From the IMG/VR virus record IMGVR_UViG_3300031823_000008, positions 2,247 to 66,246 of that record: 64,000 bases of DNA. One strand, written 5' to 3'. Of the stretch, positions 8,381 to 18,004 are shown one piece after another. Both the position numbers and the translations under genes were made by a program. The notes beneath the pieces are model-generated. The model did no database searches, was not told the DNA's origin, and was given only the letters and a program-made list of their open reading frames with translations. The first letter of the stretch is position 1. Every line of letters starts with the position of its first letter. Origin of the DNA: a virus.

Positions 8381-8998
8381 ATGCCCTTCTCGCCCACCAT
8401 CACGCGCGAATCGACGGCCCTCCCAGGCGTCAAGTTCACGATCCGGAGAATGGGCCTATCCCGACGCACGGACCTCGACTTCGAAACCCTGAAACTCCGT
8501 CAGCGATTGCGGGAACTCGAAGCCGACCATCCCCCGCGCACTGACCAGGAGAAGGAACTCAGCGAGCAACTCGCGATCGCGGTCAGGAAAGCCGGCGCGG
8601 TTTCGGCTGCGGAATACGACGGCGTAATGAAGGCGGACGTGGAACCCCTGGCGGCGGAGCTGGCGGCATGCGTGCCGGCGGACGTAAAGAAGGCGAGGAG
8701 TGTCCTCAACGAGGAATACGTCCAGGTCGAAAACCGGATCAGTGCCGCGTGGATCCGCGCGGGCTTCGTGTCGATCGAAGGCGGCGACGTGGACGGGATG
8801 ACGGCGGAGCAGCTCCTGGATTATGGGCCTCCCGCGCTGGCGGGTGAGATCTATGAAGCGCTGACTTCGGATGCACGCTTGGGTGGAATTGAAAAAAAAG
8901 TCTCGTTACCGCCTATCACTTTTGGCGAGGCGGAGGCTGGGGAAAAGATGAGTATAACTGCGGGCGATGTCGGGGTCCTGCCGGTGGTTACTACTTAG
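8381..8998 (+). CDS. Tail assembly chaperone (gpG-like)
   Basis: Between tube and tape measure; slippery A-run near 3' end. Confidence 0.75.
   Translation: MPFSPTITRESTALPGVKFTIRRMGLSRRTDLDFETLKLRQRLRELEADHPPRTDQEKELSEQLAIAVRKAGAVSAAEYDGVMKADVEPLAAELAACVPADVKKARSVLNEEYVQVENRISAAWIRAGFVSIEGGDVDGMTAEQLLDYGPPALAGEIYEALTSDARLGGIEKKVSLPPITFGEAEAGEKMSITAGDVGVLPVVTT
8891..8900 (+). other. Programmed -1 ribosomal frameshift site
   Basis: GAA AAA AAA G; the -1 frame is open from here to 9354. Confidence 0.8.
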
Positions 8999-9354
8999 AT
9001 CGCAATTGCTTTAAGTACTTCGCTCGGGACGTGGATCCGCGGCGAGGGAAGTGGTGGTGGCCGAGGTATACGGCGTTTCGACGGACGTGGCCGGAAGGGC
9101 AGAAACAGTGGATCAAGGAGGCCTTTCACTGGATGCTGCCGGGAATCCGGGAGTCGGAGTGCCCGGTGTCCTTGATCACGCAGAAATCGTTTGAATTGGT
9201 GCAGATCGTGAATCAGATGCAGGGAGCTTACAAATCGACGGGTTCGACGATGGGCGCGGATGAGATGCCGGGGTATCTGCTGGATGCAGTGCGGGTGTGT
9301 CAGAGCGAAGGCGTGTCCGTCGATAACGCGATGGATGAGGCGGCGAACGAATGA
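8899..9354 (+). CDS. Frameshift-extended tail chaperone C-terminal part (gpGT-like)
   Basis: -1 frame reads SLVTAYHFWRGGGWGKDEYNCGRC...DVDPRRGKWWWP, continuous with ORF 9031..9354. Confidence 0.75.
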   Translation, partial: SLVTAYHFWRGGGWGKDEYNCGRCRGPAGGYYLDRNCFKYFARDVDPRRGKWWWPRYTAFRRTWPEGQKQWIKEAFHWMLPGIRESECPVSLITQKSFELVQIVNQMQGAYKSTGSTMGADEMPGYLLDAVRVCQSEGVSVDNAMDEAANE

Positions 9355-9454
9355 GGCGCGTGGCTTTCTGGCTATCCAATGTCGCCTCAGGCATTTTGCT
9401 CCTGACGTGGATCGGAGTGTGTCTGGTGAGGCGGCGGATTGTGGGGCTTGATTC

Positions 9455-12403
9455 GTGAGCTACGAACTCAACGTAAATGCAGGCGTTACCGGCCAAAGCT
9501 CCCTCTCCGCGCTGACTGCGGCGACGGAGAAGCAGTCCGCTTCCACCCAGGCTCTGAATAACGCGCTCTATGGCGCGAGCGCTGCGCAGGAAAAGTATAC
9601 CCTCGGCGCTCAGAAGCTGGCCATTGAACAGGCGAAAATCGAGCAGCTCACGATTCAGTACCGAATCGCGCTTCTGGGGCAGACGACGGCCACGGATGGA
9701 GCGACGGCATCGACAGAGCGATTGAGCGGGGCAACAGCGGGCGCTACGGGCAACGTGCGGAATATGACCGCGGCGTTGCGCGGGCTCGAAGGCGGCATGC
9801 CGATCCGGTCGGCGGCGATGTTCCTGAGCCAGATTCAAGGGATCAACACGGCGATGCAGTTCGCGTTTCCGGTGTTCGGGGCGATCGCGCTCTTCGGGGT
9901 GGCCGAGCAGATCGTCGACAAGCTGGGGTCGCATCTAACGGCGTGGAAACAGATCGACGAGGCCGAAAAGGAAGCTACCAGCGACCTCAAGAAATATTCC
10001 GATGAGGCGCAAAACAGCCTGAGAGGGTTGCGAAGCATCCAGACTGAACTCGCCGCTCACAGGGCGGGCCCAGCGGTTGCGGCAACGATGACCGCGGAGA
10101 GCCTGAAGGGCGAGCTGGCTCAATCCGAGCAGCGGGCCGCCATGCTCGAAAAGCAGCGCGCGGCACTCCAGTTATTCATCTCTAATACCCAGGGCGGCAG
10201 CTTCCATGCCCTGACGGGGGAGCAGCGGGCGCTCGTCGGGGCGGTGGTCCCGGATGTGGAAACCGCGCTCAATCAGGACACCCCGATCAGCTCGGCTTTC
10301 AACTCTAGCCAATTGAAGCTCGCCCAGACCGGCCTGAAGGATATGGGGGCGCGGATCTATGCGGCGAATACGGACGTAGAGCAGAAACGCGCGCTGGTGA
10401 CACAGGCCGGAACCGCTACGGAACCGAGCCAGCAGCAGAGACAGGATCGCGAAAACAGCGACGCCAAAAAAGCGGAGACGGAGGCCCTCGAAAAGGCGAG
10501 ACGCGCGGCCCAGGAATTCGCGTCAATGCTGGAGCGCGCAACAGATGCAGCGACCAAATTCCAGCAGGGCTATACCAACAAGCTGATTTCCGGAGGCGAT
10601 GCCCTTTTTCAGCAGACCCACGATCCGTTTGAAGCGAACCAGGGATTCGGCACGCAGATGAACTCGCGGATGATGGACAACGTCTCGAAGAGCCTGACGC
10701 TTTCGACCATCGGGCAGAATCGCAACCCGTGGAGTCAGGATGCAGACGTAACTGGCTTCTACAGCAATGTCCAGAATCAAAATCGGATCAGCGACGAGCG
10801 ACAAATCGCCGTGCTCAAGCAGGGATCGCAGGAGCGTGGCACTGGAATGGACCCTTCGGCGGCGCTTCAAAATACGCTGCAAATGCTGGACCTGGAAGTG
10901 AAGATCAAGGCAGCCCATCAGGACATTTGGGACATCGACCAGGCGCGCTTCGTGGCCGGCCTCGAGGCGGGCAAGGCGGAATTCGATTACGCGCAGAAAA
11001 TCATCGCCCTCAAGAAACAGCAGGCCGACCAACAGGCGCAGCAAGCGCGTTCCCTCGCCGATGGCCTGTTCGATGCTCTCCACTCGCGCACGACGGGCAC
11101 ATGGTTCAAGTCCTTTGCGCTGAATCAGGGGAAACAGCTCTTCAGCAACGCCGCAACCCCAATCCTCGAAGGCGCAACCCATGCGCTCGGCAGCGTCATC
11201 CCCGCATCGGCGCAAACCGGGATGCTCGGAGGCCTCCTACACGGGACCGTCTTCGATTCCGCCAATGCAGCACCGCAGCAGACCGCAAATAATACCCTCG
11301 AAACGGTGAAGCAGGTGCTGGGATTGCGTGGCGATCTGAAGGGTATCTTCACCGGAAACAATGACCCGAATGCCCAGGTCCCTCCAGGCGGGGCAGGATC
11401 CGGCGGCGGGAGCGCCTTCAATCCGTTTATGGGATCCGGAGGCGGTCTGATGGGCACTGGAATCGGCGCGGGAGGGGGCGGCACGGGTCTCTATGGTCTG
11501 CCGAACACGTTCAACGCCTTCAGTCCGTCCCTTTCCTCGACCGGGAGCCTCAGCGTCGCGAGCAGCGCTCTGGCTCAGTTTGCATCGGGAGTATCGGGCG
11601 GTCCCAGCATGGCTCTGGCGCGTTTCATGGGGACGCAGCCTCCTGCGGGGACGGTAGGGTATGGCGCCGATGGCACGCCCCATGACGATATGGGCAATCC
11701 GATTGTCGCCTCTACCGCAACCCAGATCGGGCAAGGCGTCAGCATTGCGGGCGCTGTGGCATCAGGCACAGTATCCGCCATCAAATCCTTCGAGAAAGGC
11801 GGAGCCTCCGGAGCCCTGGGAGGCGTCGCGGCCCTCGCCGGTATGGCGTCCCTGATCCCCGGAGCTGGACTCATTGCGGCGCCTATCGCGGCCATTGCCG
11901 GGCTTTTCAGTGCAGTCTTGTCGACCGGTCCCCAGCAGCGCGCTCAGCAGATTACCGACGACATCAACAAGGGCGCTTATCTCGCGCCGACTGCGTTGAA
12001 TGTCACCCAGGGCATGAACGGCACCTATGAGGATTTCGATGCACGGGGCAATCTTCGAACGTCGAACCTTTCCGCCGTCCCGACAGTAGCCGAGCCGTAC
12101 ATTACCAAACGGACATTGAACGGGCAGCAGGGTTGGTATGACGCTCCGGGTGTTGTCACAGCGCCCTACTCGGGCAGTGCGACGGGGTCAGGATTGACGC
12201 CAGTTTCGAATGCTCCGGGAGCCGGGACGGGCGGCATCACGATCAATGTTGCGGGCGGGATTAACGCGATGGATTCCAGTTCATTCCATGACTTCCTGCA
12301 GAAGCCCGGAAATTCAATGGCTGTCGGGGATTCCCTCGCGACCCATTTGCAGTCGCATGAGGGGCGAGCGAGTAACGCAATTCGCTATGTGGCGGGGGCG
12401 TGA
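9455..12403 (+). CDS. Tape measure protein
   Basis: 982 aa Ala/Gly/Gln-rich helical protein, hydrophobic Gly-rich C-part, ITINV..INAMD terminal motif. Confidence 0.85.
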   Translation: MSYELNVNAGVTGQSSLSALTAATEKQSASTQALNNALYGASAAQEKYTLGAQKLAIEQAKIEQLTIQYRIALLGQTTATDGATASTERLSGATAGATGNVRNMTAALRGLEGGMPIRSAAMFLSQIQGINTAMQFAFPVFGAIALFGVAEQIVDKLGSHLTAWKQIDEAEKEATSDLKKYSDEAQNSLRGLRSIQTELAAHRAGPAVAATMTAESLKGELAQSEQRAAMLEKQRAALQLFISNTQGGSFHALTGEQRALVGAVVPDVETALNQDTPISSAFNSSQLKLAQTGLKDMGARIYAANTDVEQKRALVTQAGTATEPSQQQRQDRENSDAKKAETEALEKARRAAQEFASMLERATDAATKFQQGYTNKLISGGDALFQQTHDPFEANQGFGTQMNSRMMDNVSKSLTLSTIGQNRNPWSQDADVTGFYSNVQNQNRISDERQIAVLKQGSQERGTGMDPSAALQNTLQMLDLEVKIKAAHQDIWDIDQARFVAGLEAGKAEFDYAQKIIALKKQQADQQAQQARSLADGLFDALHSRTTGTWFKSFALNQGKQLFSNAATPILEGATHALGSVIPASAQTGMLGGLLHGTVFDSANAAPQQTANNTLETVKQVLGLRGDLKGIFTGNNDPNAQVPPGGAGSGGGSAFNPFMGSGGGLMGTGIGAGGGGTGLYGLPNTFNAFSPSLSSTGSLSVASSALAQFASGVSGGPSMALARFMGTQPPAGTVGYGADGTPHDDMGNPIVASTATQIGQGVSIAGAVASGTVSAIKSFEKGGASGALGGVAALAGMASLIPGAGLIAAPIAAIAGLFSAVLSTGPQQRAQQITDDINKGAYLAPTALNVTQGMNGTYEDFDARGNLRTSNLSAVPTVAEPYITKRTLNGQQGWYDAPGVVTAPYSGSATGSGLTPVSNAPGAGTGGITINVAGGINAMDSSSFHDFLQKPGNSMAVGDSLATHLQSHEGRASNAIRYVAGA

Positions 12404-12597
12404 TGCCGTCAATCCTTCCTCGCCTTAATCGCATCAACCTCACTGAGCTTCATGGGGCGCGGCATTCGCTCCCCCCCATACACCCGGGCCACCTGATATT
12501 CGTGTATCGCGCTAAAGTGTCACTTTTTGCAACAGTCTGCGCGCCCGCAGCATCGCTCCGGGACGTATCCGAAAAAGAAACTGAGGGCGCTGCTTAA
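12400..12597 (+). CDS. Small hypothetical protein
   Basis: Fills the gap exactly: GTGA overlap upstream and stop abutting the next ATG. Confidence 0.4.
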   Translation: MMPSILPRLNRINLTELHGARHSLPPIHPGHLIFVYRAKVSLFATVCAPAASLRDVSEKETEGAA

Positions 12598-13365
12598 ATG
12601 CCCACAGCCCTCCCAGTCATCCGTGGACCCTCGACAGCCCTCTATCCTTTCACCCAGGTCTATCAGTGTCAGACAAGCTGCTCAGATTCACAGAGCGGCA
12701 ATCCCGCGCGCCACGTCAGCGGCCTTCCCCGATTGCATTTCGAATTCAGCTATAACCCATTGAGGCAGGCCGACAAGAACACCCTGAAAGCAGCGATCGC
12801 GGGGGCCAAGGGACAGTTCACCGGAGGAAGTGGAAGCGCAGGTTTGACGGCGACGACGGATATCACCTACACCGACCTGGGCTTCGATGCGGATGAATTC
12901 TCAGCAGTCGAACAGGTGAGCACGCAATACGGCGTGAAGTGGACGCTCAGCCAGGCGCTACCTCAGAATCTCAGCCCCGGAACGAGTGGCGGCGCATATC
13001 CCGTGATTGCGACGGGCGTGATTGCGAAGCTTCCCTACATGCAAAAGAAACGCTGGCAGACTGTCGCTTCGATGATGCCGACCGGACCCAAGTACACCAT
13101 GGCCGAATTCTCGGGAGGGCTGACAAACTTTCCGACGGATGGCCTGATGGGCTGGGAGTTCGATGAAACGGTGCTCTCGGACTCGATCGTGAATACCAAG
13201 GTTTCGCACTTCCTTGCGAACTGGGGCCGGGCATTCCCTTTCACGTTCAAGGATGAAGACGGAGTGACCTACAGCAACGTGTATTACGCCTCGGACACGA
13301 TGTCGATCCTGCGCGCTGATTTCGGTCTCTCGCGGATCAACACGGTCTTGGTGCAGATGAACTAA
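12598..13365 (+). CDS. Distal tail protein-like
   Basis: Follows tape measure; two similar halves, GRAFPFTFKD motif. Confidence 0.6.
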   Translation: MPTALPVIRGPSTALYPFTQVYQCQTSCSDSQSGNPARHVSGLPRLHFEFSYNPLRQADKNTLKAAIAGAKGQFTGGSGSAGLTATTDITYTDLGFDADEFSAVEQVSTQYGVKWTLSQALPQNLSPGTSGGAYPVIATGVIAKLPYMQKKRWQTVASMMPTGPKYTMAEFSGGLTNFPTDGLMGWEFDETVLSDSIVNTKVSHFLANWGRAFPFTFKDEDGVTYSNVYYASDTMSILRADFGLSRINTVLVQMN

Positions 13366-16300
13366 TGGGCGGCTTCACCATACTGACGGGCAAGGAAGGA
13401 GCTTCGCCGAAGAAGCCTCTTTTCCTGATCCAGATCACCTCGCCCGATGGAACCAACGTCTACCTGACCACAGCAGCCTATTACGGCGCGCCGAACATCG
13501 TCTACAGCAGCCGGACCTATCTCGCCCGCATTTTGAACGATGACATTCAGGCCATCATGGCCATGTCGCCGCAAGGCTATGACTCCGTTTCGGGATTGAC
13601 TCTCGTCCTCGCAGACGGCGACAAGATGCTGTGGAACACCTACTGCATCCCGCATGGCTGGAGAGGCTCGACGGTAGTGCTCACGGCGATCCTGTGGGAC
13701 ATCGTGGCGAATGCCTACTCGACGGATTCGCTGCAATGGGTTTTCATCGGTGGCAATCCTTCCCATAATCACGCCAAGGGCGAGACGACGTTCGATGCGA
13801 TCAGCGCCAACAACTTCACCCGGATCAAGCTGCCGAGTGTGCCTTTGGAATTCCGGTGCCCCTGGGACTTCCCGACGACGCTCGCGGAACGCACGGCGGC
13901 GCTGAACGATCCCAGCTCCAACTTTTATCAGTGCGGATATTCGGTGGATGTTTCGGGCGGCGTCGGGAATTATGCGACAGGGACAACGCCCTTCACCTCA
14001 TGCGATTTGACGCGGTCAGGCGGTCCCGTCGGCCTATCCACTACCGACCAGTCGGTAGGCTGCATGGCGCGACTGGGAAATGGTACGGCGTCGGGCTCGC
14101 CGGTAGGAAACAGCATCGCCATTGACGGCGATCTTGAGCACGATAAGGCTGGTCATTTCACCGCCCGTTTCGGCGGCGTTACCTTCCTTTCGCCTTCGAG
14201 CTATCAGGGACGGCAATATCTTACAGGCAACAAGGTATTCGGATTCAACACGCCGAATGCTGGTATTGCGGGTGCCTTCTATAATTTCGTCGCGGGCTCG
14301 CAGTGGGTGAGCGGCCTGGTGCTCGCGCCCTGCGGCGATCCAAATTCCTGGCGCAGCGAAGTCGCCGTCTGTGTCGCCGCTTTTGGCCCCGCGATTGTTC
14401 AACTGGTCGTCGTTAATGGGGTGAAGGTGACCCGTGACAATTCCGACGTGCTCTTTACATGGCGCTTCGCCGGTGGACCAGGATCAAGCCAAGGCTCCGG
14501 AGGCAGAAGCGGCAAGCTCAACGGCGACAAGTATTTCTCGAATCTCCCGGCCGAGGTCGCAATGGGCGATCCTCACGGCTCGATGTGCGTAATTGAGATT
14601 GTGGTTCCGGCCCAGTTGGCGGCTCCAGGGAGCGTGCCGACGGTCGAGGTCCTGGTGACGTCAGGCCCCATCCTGAGCGTGAATTCCTCGGGCGCTTTCC
14701 AATACCTTCCGCCAGGGCTGACCGATGGAGCGGGGACACTTGCGCTGCCTGCGGCCCACCCTCCCTTCCAATATTTGGAGTTGATGAGCTGGGGAAACAT
14801 CCTAACCTCGCAGATTGAACCGACGAGCTGGTATAACGCGGCGCAAATCTGCGCGACCTCGATCAGCTACGTTTCCGCCGATGGCTCGATCCAATACCAT
14901 CCCCAGTTCAAATCCAGCTTCCAGATAGCCGGGAACCAGCGGCAGACTCTGGCGCAAATCCTGACGGCGCTCCGCAACAGCGCCAACATGATGGTCGGGC
15001 AGAACCCTTTGACGGGCCTGTTCGAGTGCTGGATCCGGCAAACGATGGCGGATCAGCAGTCCTCTGCCGTACCCGGCTCAAACAGCAGCTCTCCGATGGC
15101 TTCGATGACGGCGGCCGGCGGGACTGCCAACGGTTACCCGGCCTATCTTTTCGATCCGACCAATATCGAAAAGGACAGCTTCAAAATCACCACCACGAGA
15201 ATCGAGAGCACCCCTAACACGGTGGCGTGTGGTTTCCAGGACGAAAACAACGCCTACCAGCAGGATTCGATTACTGAGATCGACCCGGTGTCCTACGCCT
15301 ACAGCGGCAATCAGGAAGTCGGCGTTCCCGTCCCAATCATCGGCGCGCCGAACTTCGATCAGCTCACGCGCGTCGCCAACGTGCAGCTCGCCGAAGCGCT
15401 CTATGGCAATCCGCGCAACGATCCCGGCGGCACGCTGTACTTCGAGTTCACCACCAACCAGCGGGTCTTGCACCTGGCCAACCGCCTCGGCTATATCTGC
15501 GCCCTGAGCTGGCCGATGGAAAGTATCGGTGTCAGCACATATCAACCCTGTCGCCTGCTTTCCCTCAAACCCGATACCGACGGAGAGCACTGGGCAGTCA
15601 AGCTGGCTTGGCATAACGACGAGTGGTACACCTACGCCTACGGCCAGAATCCGACGCCGTATCAATCGAATCCGCTGCTCGCGCCTCCTCTCCGTCCTCC
15701 GTATCCATGGCGGCCTGGTCAAGCAGTCTGGGGCGCAGGCGATGCGCTTTTCCCCAACCAGGATGGCTTCAGCTTCAATGTCGATACCGGGCAATATCCG
15801 GCACAGATCGCGATTACCGGCTCGCTCCCGGTCAATGCGGCGCCGTCAGGTAATGCTCCGCTGACTCCCTGGCAAGCGAGTACTCCGAGCACCGGAGGGA
15901 CGATTCCCCCGGGCACCTACTTCATCGCCTTCTCGACGAATGACGGGCAGGGACCGGTCTCCAATTTCGTCACTGCTGTCGTTCTGACTGGCACGAGCAC
16001 CAACCAAATCGTCGTATCGGGCATCCGCTGGCGCTATGGCACGATGCCGTCGATCCTGCCCTATATCGGCACATCCAGCATGAACATGAGGGCCTGCGCC
16101 TCGGCAAGCTACGTGGGATCGTCGCCTGATGCTCACGGCAATCCGACCGTCTACACGTTCAGCTCGGTGACTCCGGACGGCCTGGGACTTCCGGACATCA
16201 ACGCCAGCGAACTGCTGGTCGAGGAATACGGGATCGAGCATGGCGGTGTGTGGGGCGACGATATCACGTCAGTCACCGGGGCCGTGCTCAGCTTCCCCGA

Positions 16301-17429
16301 AGTGGCCTGGACTGCGAACCAATGGGCCGGGTATGTCCTCTCGCTCTATTACCGCCCTGGTGCGACGCTGCAGCCGGCGTTGAACCTGGTGGTTTCCTCC
16401 AGCACCGTGAACACGCTGACGATGGCGTCCACCGGATTCCTGCAAGGCGACGTCGTGGTGATGCGGATGAAGAGCGGCAACTTCGGCACGGGTAACAACA
16501 CGGTGGGCGATGCGAACCTGGTCAACTGGTACGCCTCCTCCGGCCTGGTTGTGAATGGCGAGATCGGCAACCTCATCCAAGTCATCGCCGGCACGGGAGC
16601 CTGGCAGACTCCGAAGTCGATTCAATCCAATACCGCGACCGTTTTCACAATCAACGGAACCTTCGACATTGCGCTCGATGCGACCAGCGTCTTCATTGTG
16701 CTGGAACCCGGCATCGCCTATTCCTACACTACTCAGGCCTTTACAAATGGAGGCGGAGGGACTGCCGGCGTAGTCGCGACGACTCCCGCGGTCACCACCC
16801 TCGCTCAATCGCTGCTCGTCCAGGTGGCAGTCGTCGATTCGAACGGCAATTCCTCGCCGATGCAGTATCAGCCGGCGCGCGAGGTCTACATTCCTCCGCA
16901 GCCTCTGGCCGGCCTGCCTCGCCTGGTGACAGTCAGCGGCGACCAGGTGGGCTCCGATGGCACGGTGACCTTCGATACCTCCGGGATTACACAGCCAACC
17001 CCCGACATCCTGAACGGCACTATCACGAGCTCGCAGACGACGCTGACTTTGACAACGGGGACTAATTCGGTGAACGGTACCCAGATCCTGATCGGCACGG
17101 AACGGATTCTGATCCTCGCCGGCGGAGGGACCGTCAATATCACCAACTGCATCCGCGGCTTCGGAGGGACGACGGCGGCGGCGCATACCTCGGCGGCCGC
17201 GATCACTCTTCCCGGCGGCCTGATCTTCACCTTGCTGCCGATCATCGACTGGCCGGCCTGGATGCTGTCGATGAATAAAGTCACGAACGATATCAATTAC
17301 GTGGCGCTGGTTTGCAGTGGGAGCGACACGTTCCCATCCGACAACCCCAGTGTTTCGCTGACCACGATTATTCTGGCTGACACCTCGGCGGATAGAGGGA
17401 CGAGCGTTCTGAAAGCACCCACCTCATGA
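13365..17429 (+). CDS. Tail tip / baseplate hub protein
   Basis: 1354 aa; N-terminal Cys cluster, PNTV...FQDENNAYQQD hub motif, RGFGGTTAAAH. Confidence 0.75.
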   Translation: MGGFTILTGKEGASPKKPLFLIQITSPDGTNVYLTTAAYYGAPNIVYSSRTYLARILNDDIQAIMAMSPQGYDSVSGLTLVLADGDKMLWNTYCIPHGWRGSTVVLTAILWDIVANAYSTDSLQWVFIGGNPSHNHAKGETTFDAISANNFTRIKLPSVPLEFRCPWDFPTTLAERTAALNDPSSNFYQCGYSVDVSGGVGNYATGTTPFTSCDLTRSGGPVGLSTTDQSVGCMARLGNGTASGSPVGNSIAIDGDLEHDKAGHFTARFGGVTFLSPSSYQGRQYLTGNKVFGFNTPNAGIAGAFYNFVAGSQWVSGLVLAPCGDPNSWRSEVAVCVAAFGPAIVQLVVVNGVKVTRDNSDVLFTWRFAGGPGSSQGSGGRSGKLNGDKYFSNLPAEVAMGDPHGSMCVIEIVVPAQLAAPGSVPTVEVLVTSGPILSVNSSGAFQYLPPGLTDGAGTLALPAAHPPFQYLELMSWGNILTSQIEPTSWYNAAQICATSISYVSADGSIQYHPQFKSSFQIAGNQRQTLAQILTALRNSANMMVGQNPLTGLFECWIRQTMADQQSSAVPGSNSSSPMASMTAAGGTANGYPAYLFDPTNIEKDSFKITTTRIESTPNTVACGFQDENNAYQQDSITEIDPVSYAYSGNQEVGVPVPIIGAPNFDQLTRVANVQLAEALYGNPRNDPGGTLYFEFTTNQRVLHLANRLGYICALSWPMESIGVSTYQPCRLLSLKPDTDGEHWAVKLAWHNDEWYTYAYGQNPTPYQSNPLLAPPLRPPYPWRPGQAVWGAGDALFPNQDGFSFNVDTGQYPAQIAITGSLPVNAAPSGNAPLTPWQASTPSTGGTIPPGTYFIAFSTNDGQGPVSNFVTAVVLTGTSTNQIVVSGIRWRYGTMPSILPYIGTSSMNMRACASASYVGSSPDAHGNPTVYTFSSVTPDGLGLPDINASELLVEEYGIEHGGVWGDDITSVTGAVLSFPEVAWTANQWAGYVLSLYYRPGATLQPALNLVVSSSTVNTLTMASTGFLQGDVVVMRMKSGNFGTGNNTVGDANLVNWYASSGLVVNGEIGNLIQVIAGTGAWQTPKSIQSNTATVFTINGTFDIALDATSVFIVLEPGIAYSYTTQAFTNGGGGTAGVVATTPAVTTLAQSLLVQVAVVDSNGNSSPMQYQPAREVYIPPQPLAGLPRLVTVSGDQVGSDGTVTFDTSGITQPTPDILNGTITSSQTTLTLTTGTNSVNGTQILIGTERILILAGGGTVNITNCIRGFGGTTAAAHTSAAAITLPGGLIFTLLPIIDWPAWMLSMNKVTNDINYVALVCSGSDTFPSDNPSVSLTTIILADTSADRGTSVLKAPTS

Positions 17430-17431
17430 AG

Positions 17432-17911
17432 CTATCGACCCATTTCGGATTCGATAGCTGCGACGGCGGCCGCAGTCAGTCCGCGATTCTGCCGGGTATG
17501 GCGCTCCATGATCTCCACGACGGCCTGAAGGCCAGCAATCTTGTCCCGATGCCGATTGTTCAGGCTCTTCACGTAGGCTCGGATCTGTGTCACGGTGCAC
17601 TTGGCCAGCAGCGGCCTCTTCCCCTCCGGGGTGACGATGCGGCGGGGCACGGGAAGTTCCAGATCAGGGAAAAGGGGCGCGGTTTCCAACTTCGGGCGCA
17701 GTTTCCGGCGTTCCGCGTTGATGATGCGCTCAAGGTGCCGTCTCATGAGAATCCCGGCCATCGGGCGCAAGGCGTCTTGCCCCTCCTCCAGCCAGATTGT
17801 GTCAGCCAGAATAGCTGCCGGCATCTTCGGCCGCAAAATCATATTGTTCCTGACGAGTTCAAGGATTTCGGCCTCGATTTCCCCGACAGACCCCGGCTTC
17901 GTTTTGCCCAT
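17432..17911 (-). CDS. Antisense moron protein (159 aa), paralogue of 45918..46241
   Basis: AAGGGAG SD, own promoter; MGKTKPGSVGEIEAEILELVRNNMILRPKMPAAILADTI. Confidence 0.7.
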   Translation of the reverse strand: MGKTKPGSVGEIEAEILELVRNNMILRPKMPAAILADTIWLEEGQDALRPMAGILMRRHLERIINAERRKLRPKLETAPLFPDLELPVPRRIVTPEGKRPLLAKCTVTQIRAYVKSLNNRHRDKIAGLQAVVEIMERHTRQNRGLTAAAVAAIESEMGR

Positions 17912-17944
17912 TTCGGACAGCTCCCTTATTTCGAAATCGAAATT

Positions 17945-17973
17945 AGTGTAGCGCCCGGGCCACAGTCTGTAAA
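17945..17973 (-). promoter_or_regulatory. sigma70-type promoter for the moron gene
   Basis: TTTACA-17 nt-TACACT on the minus strand. Confidence 0.6.
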
Positions 17974-18004
17974 TCGGCAAAAGGTCCGAAAAAGAACCTG
18001 AAAT

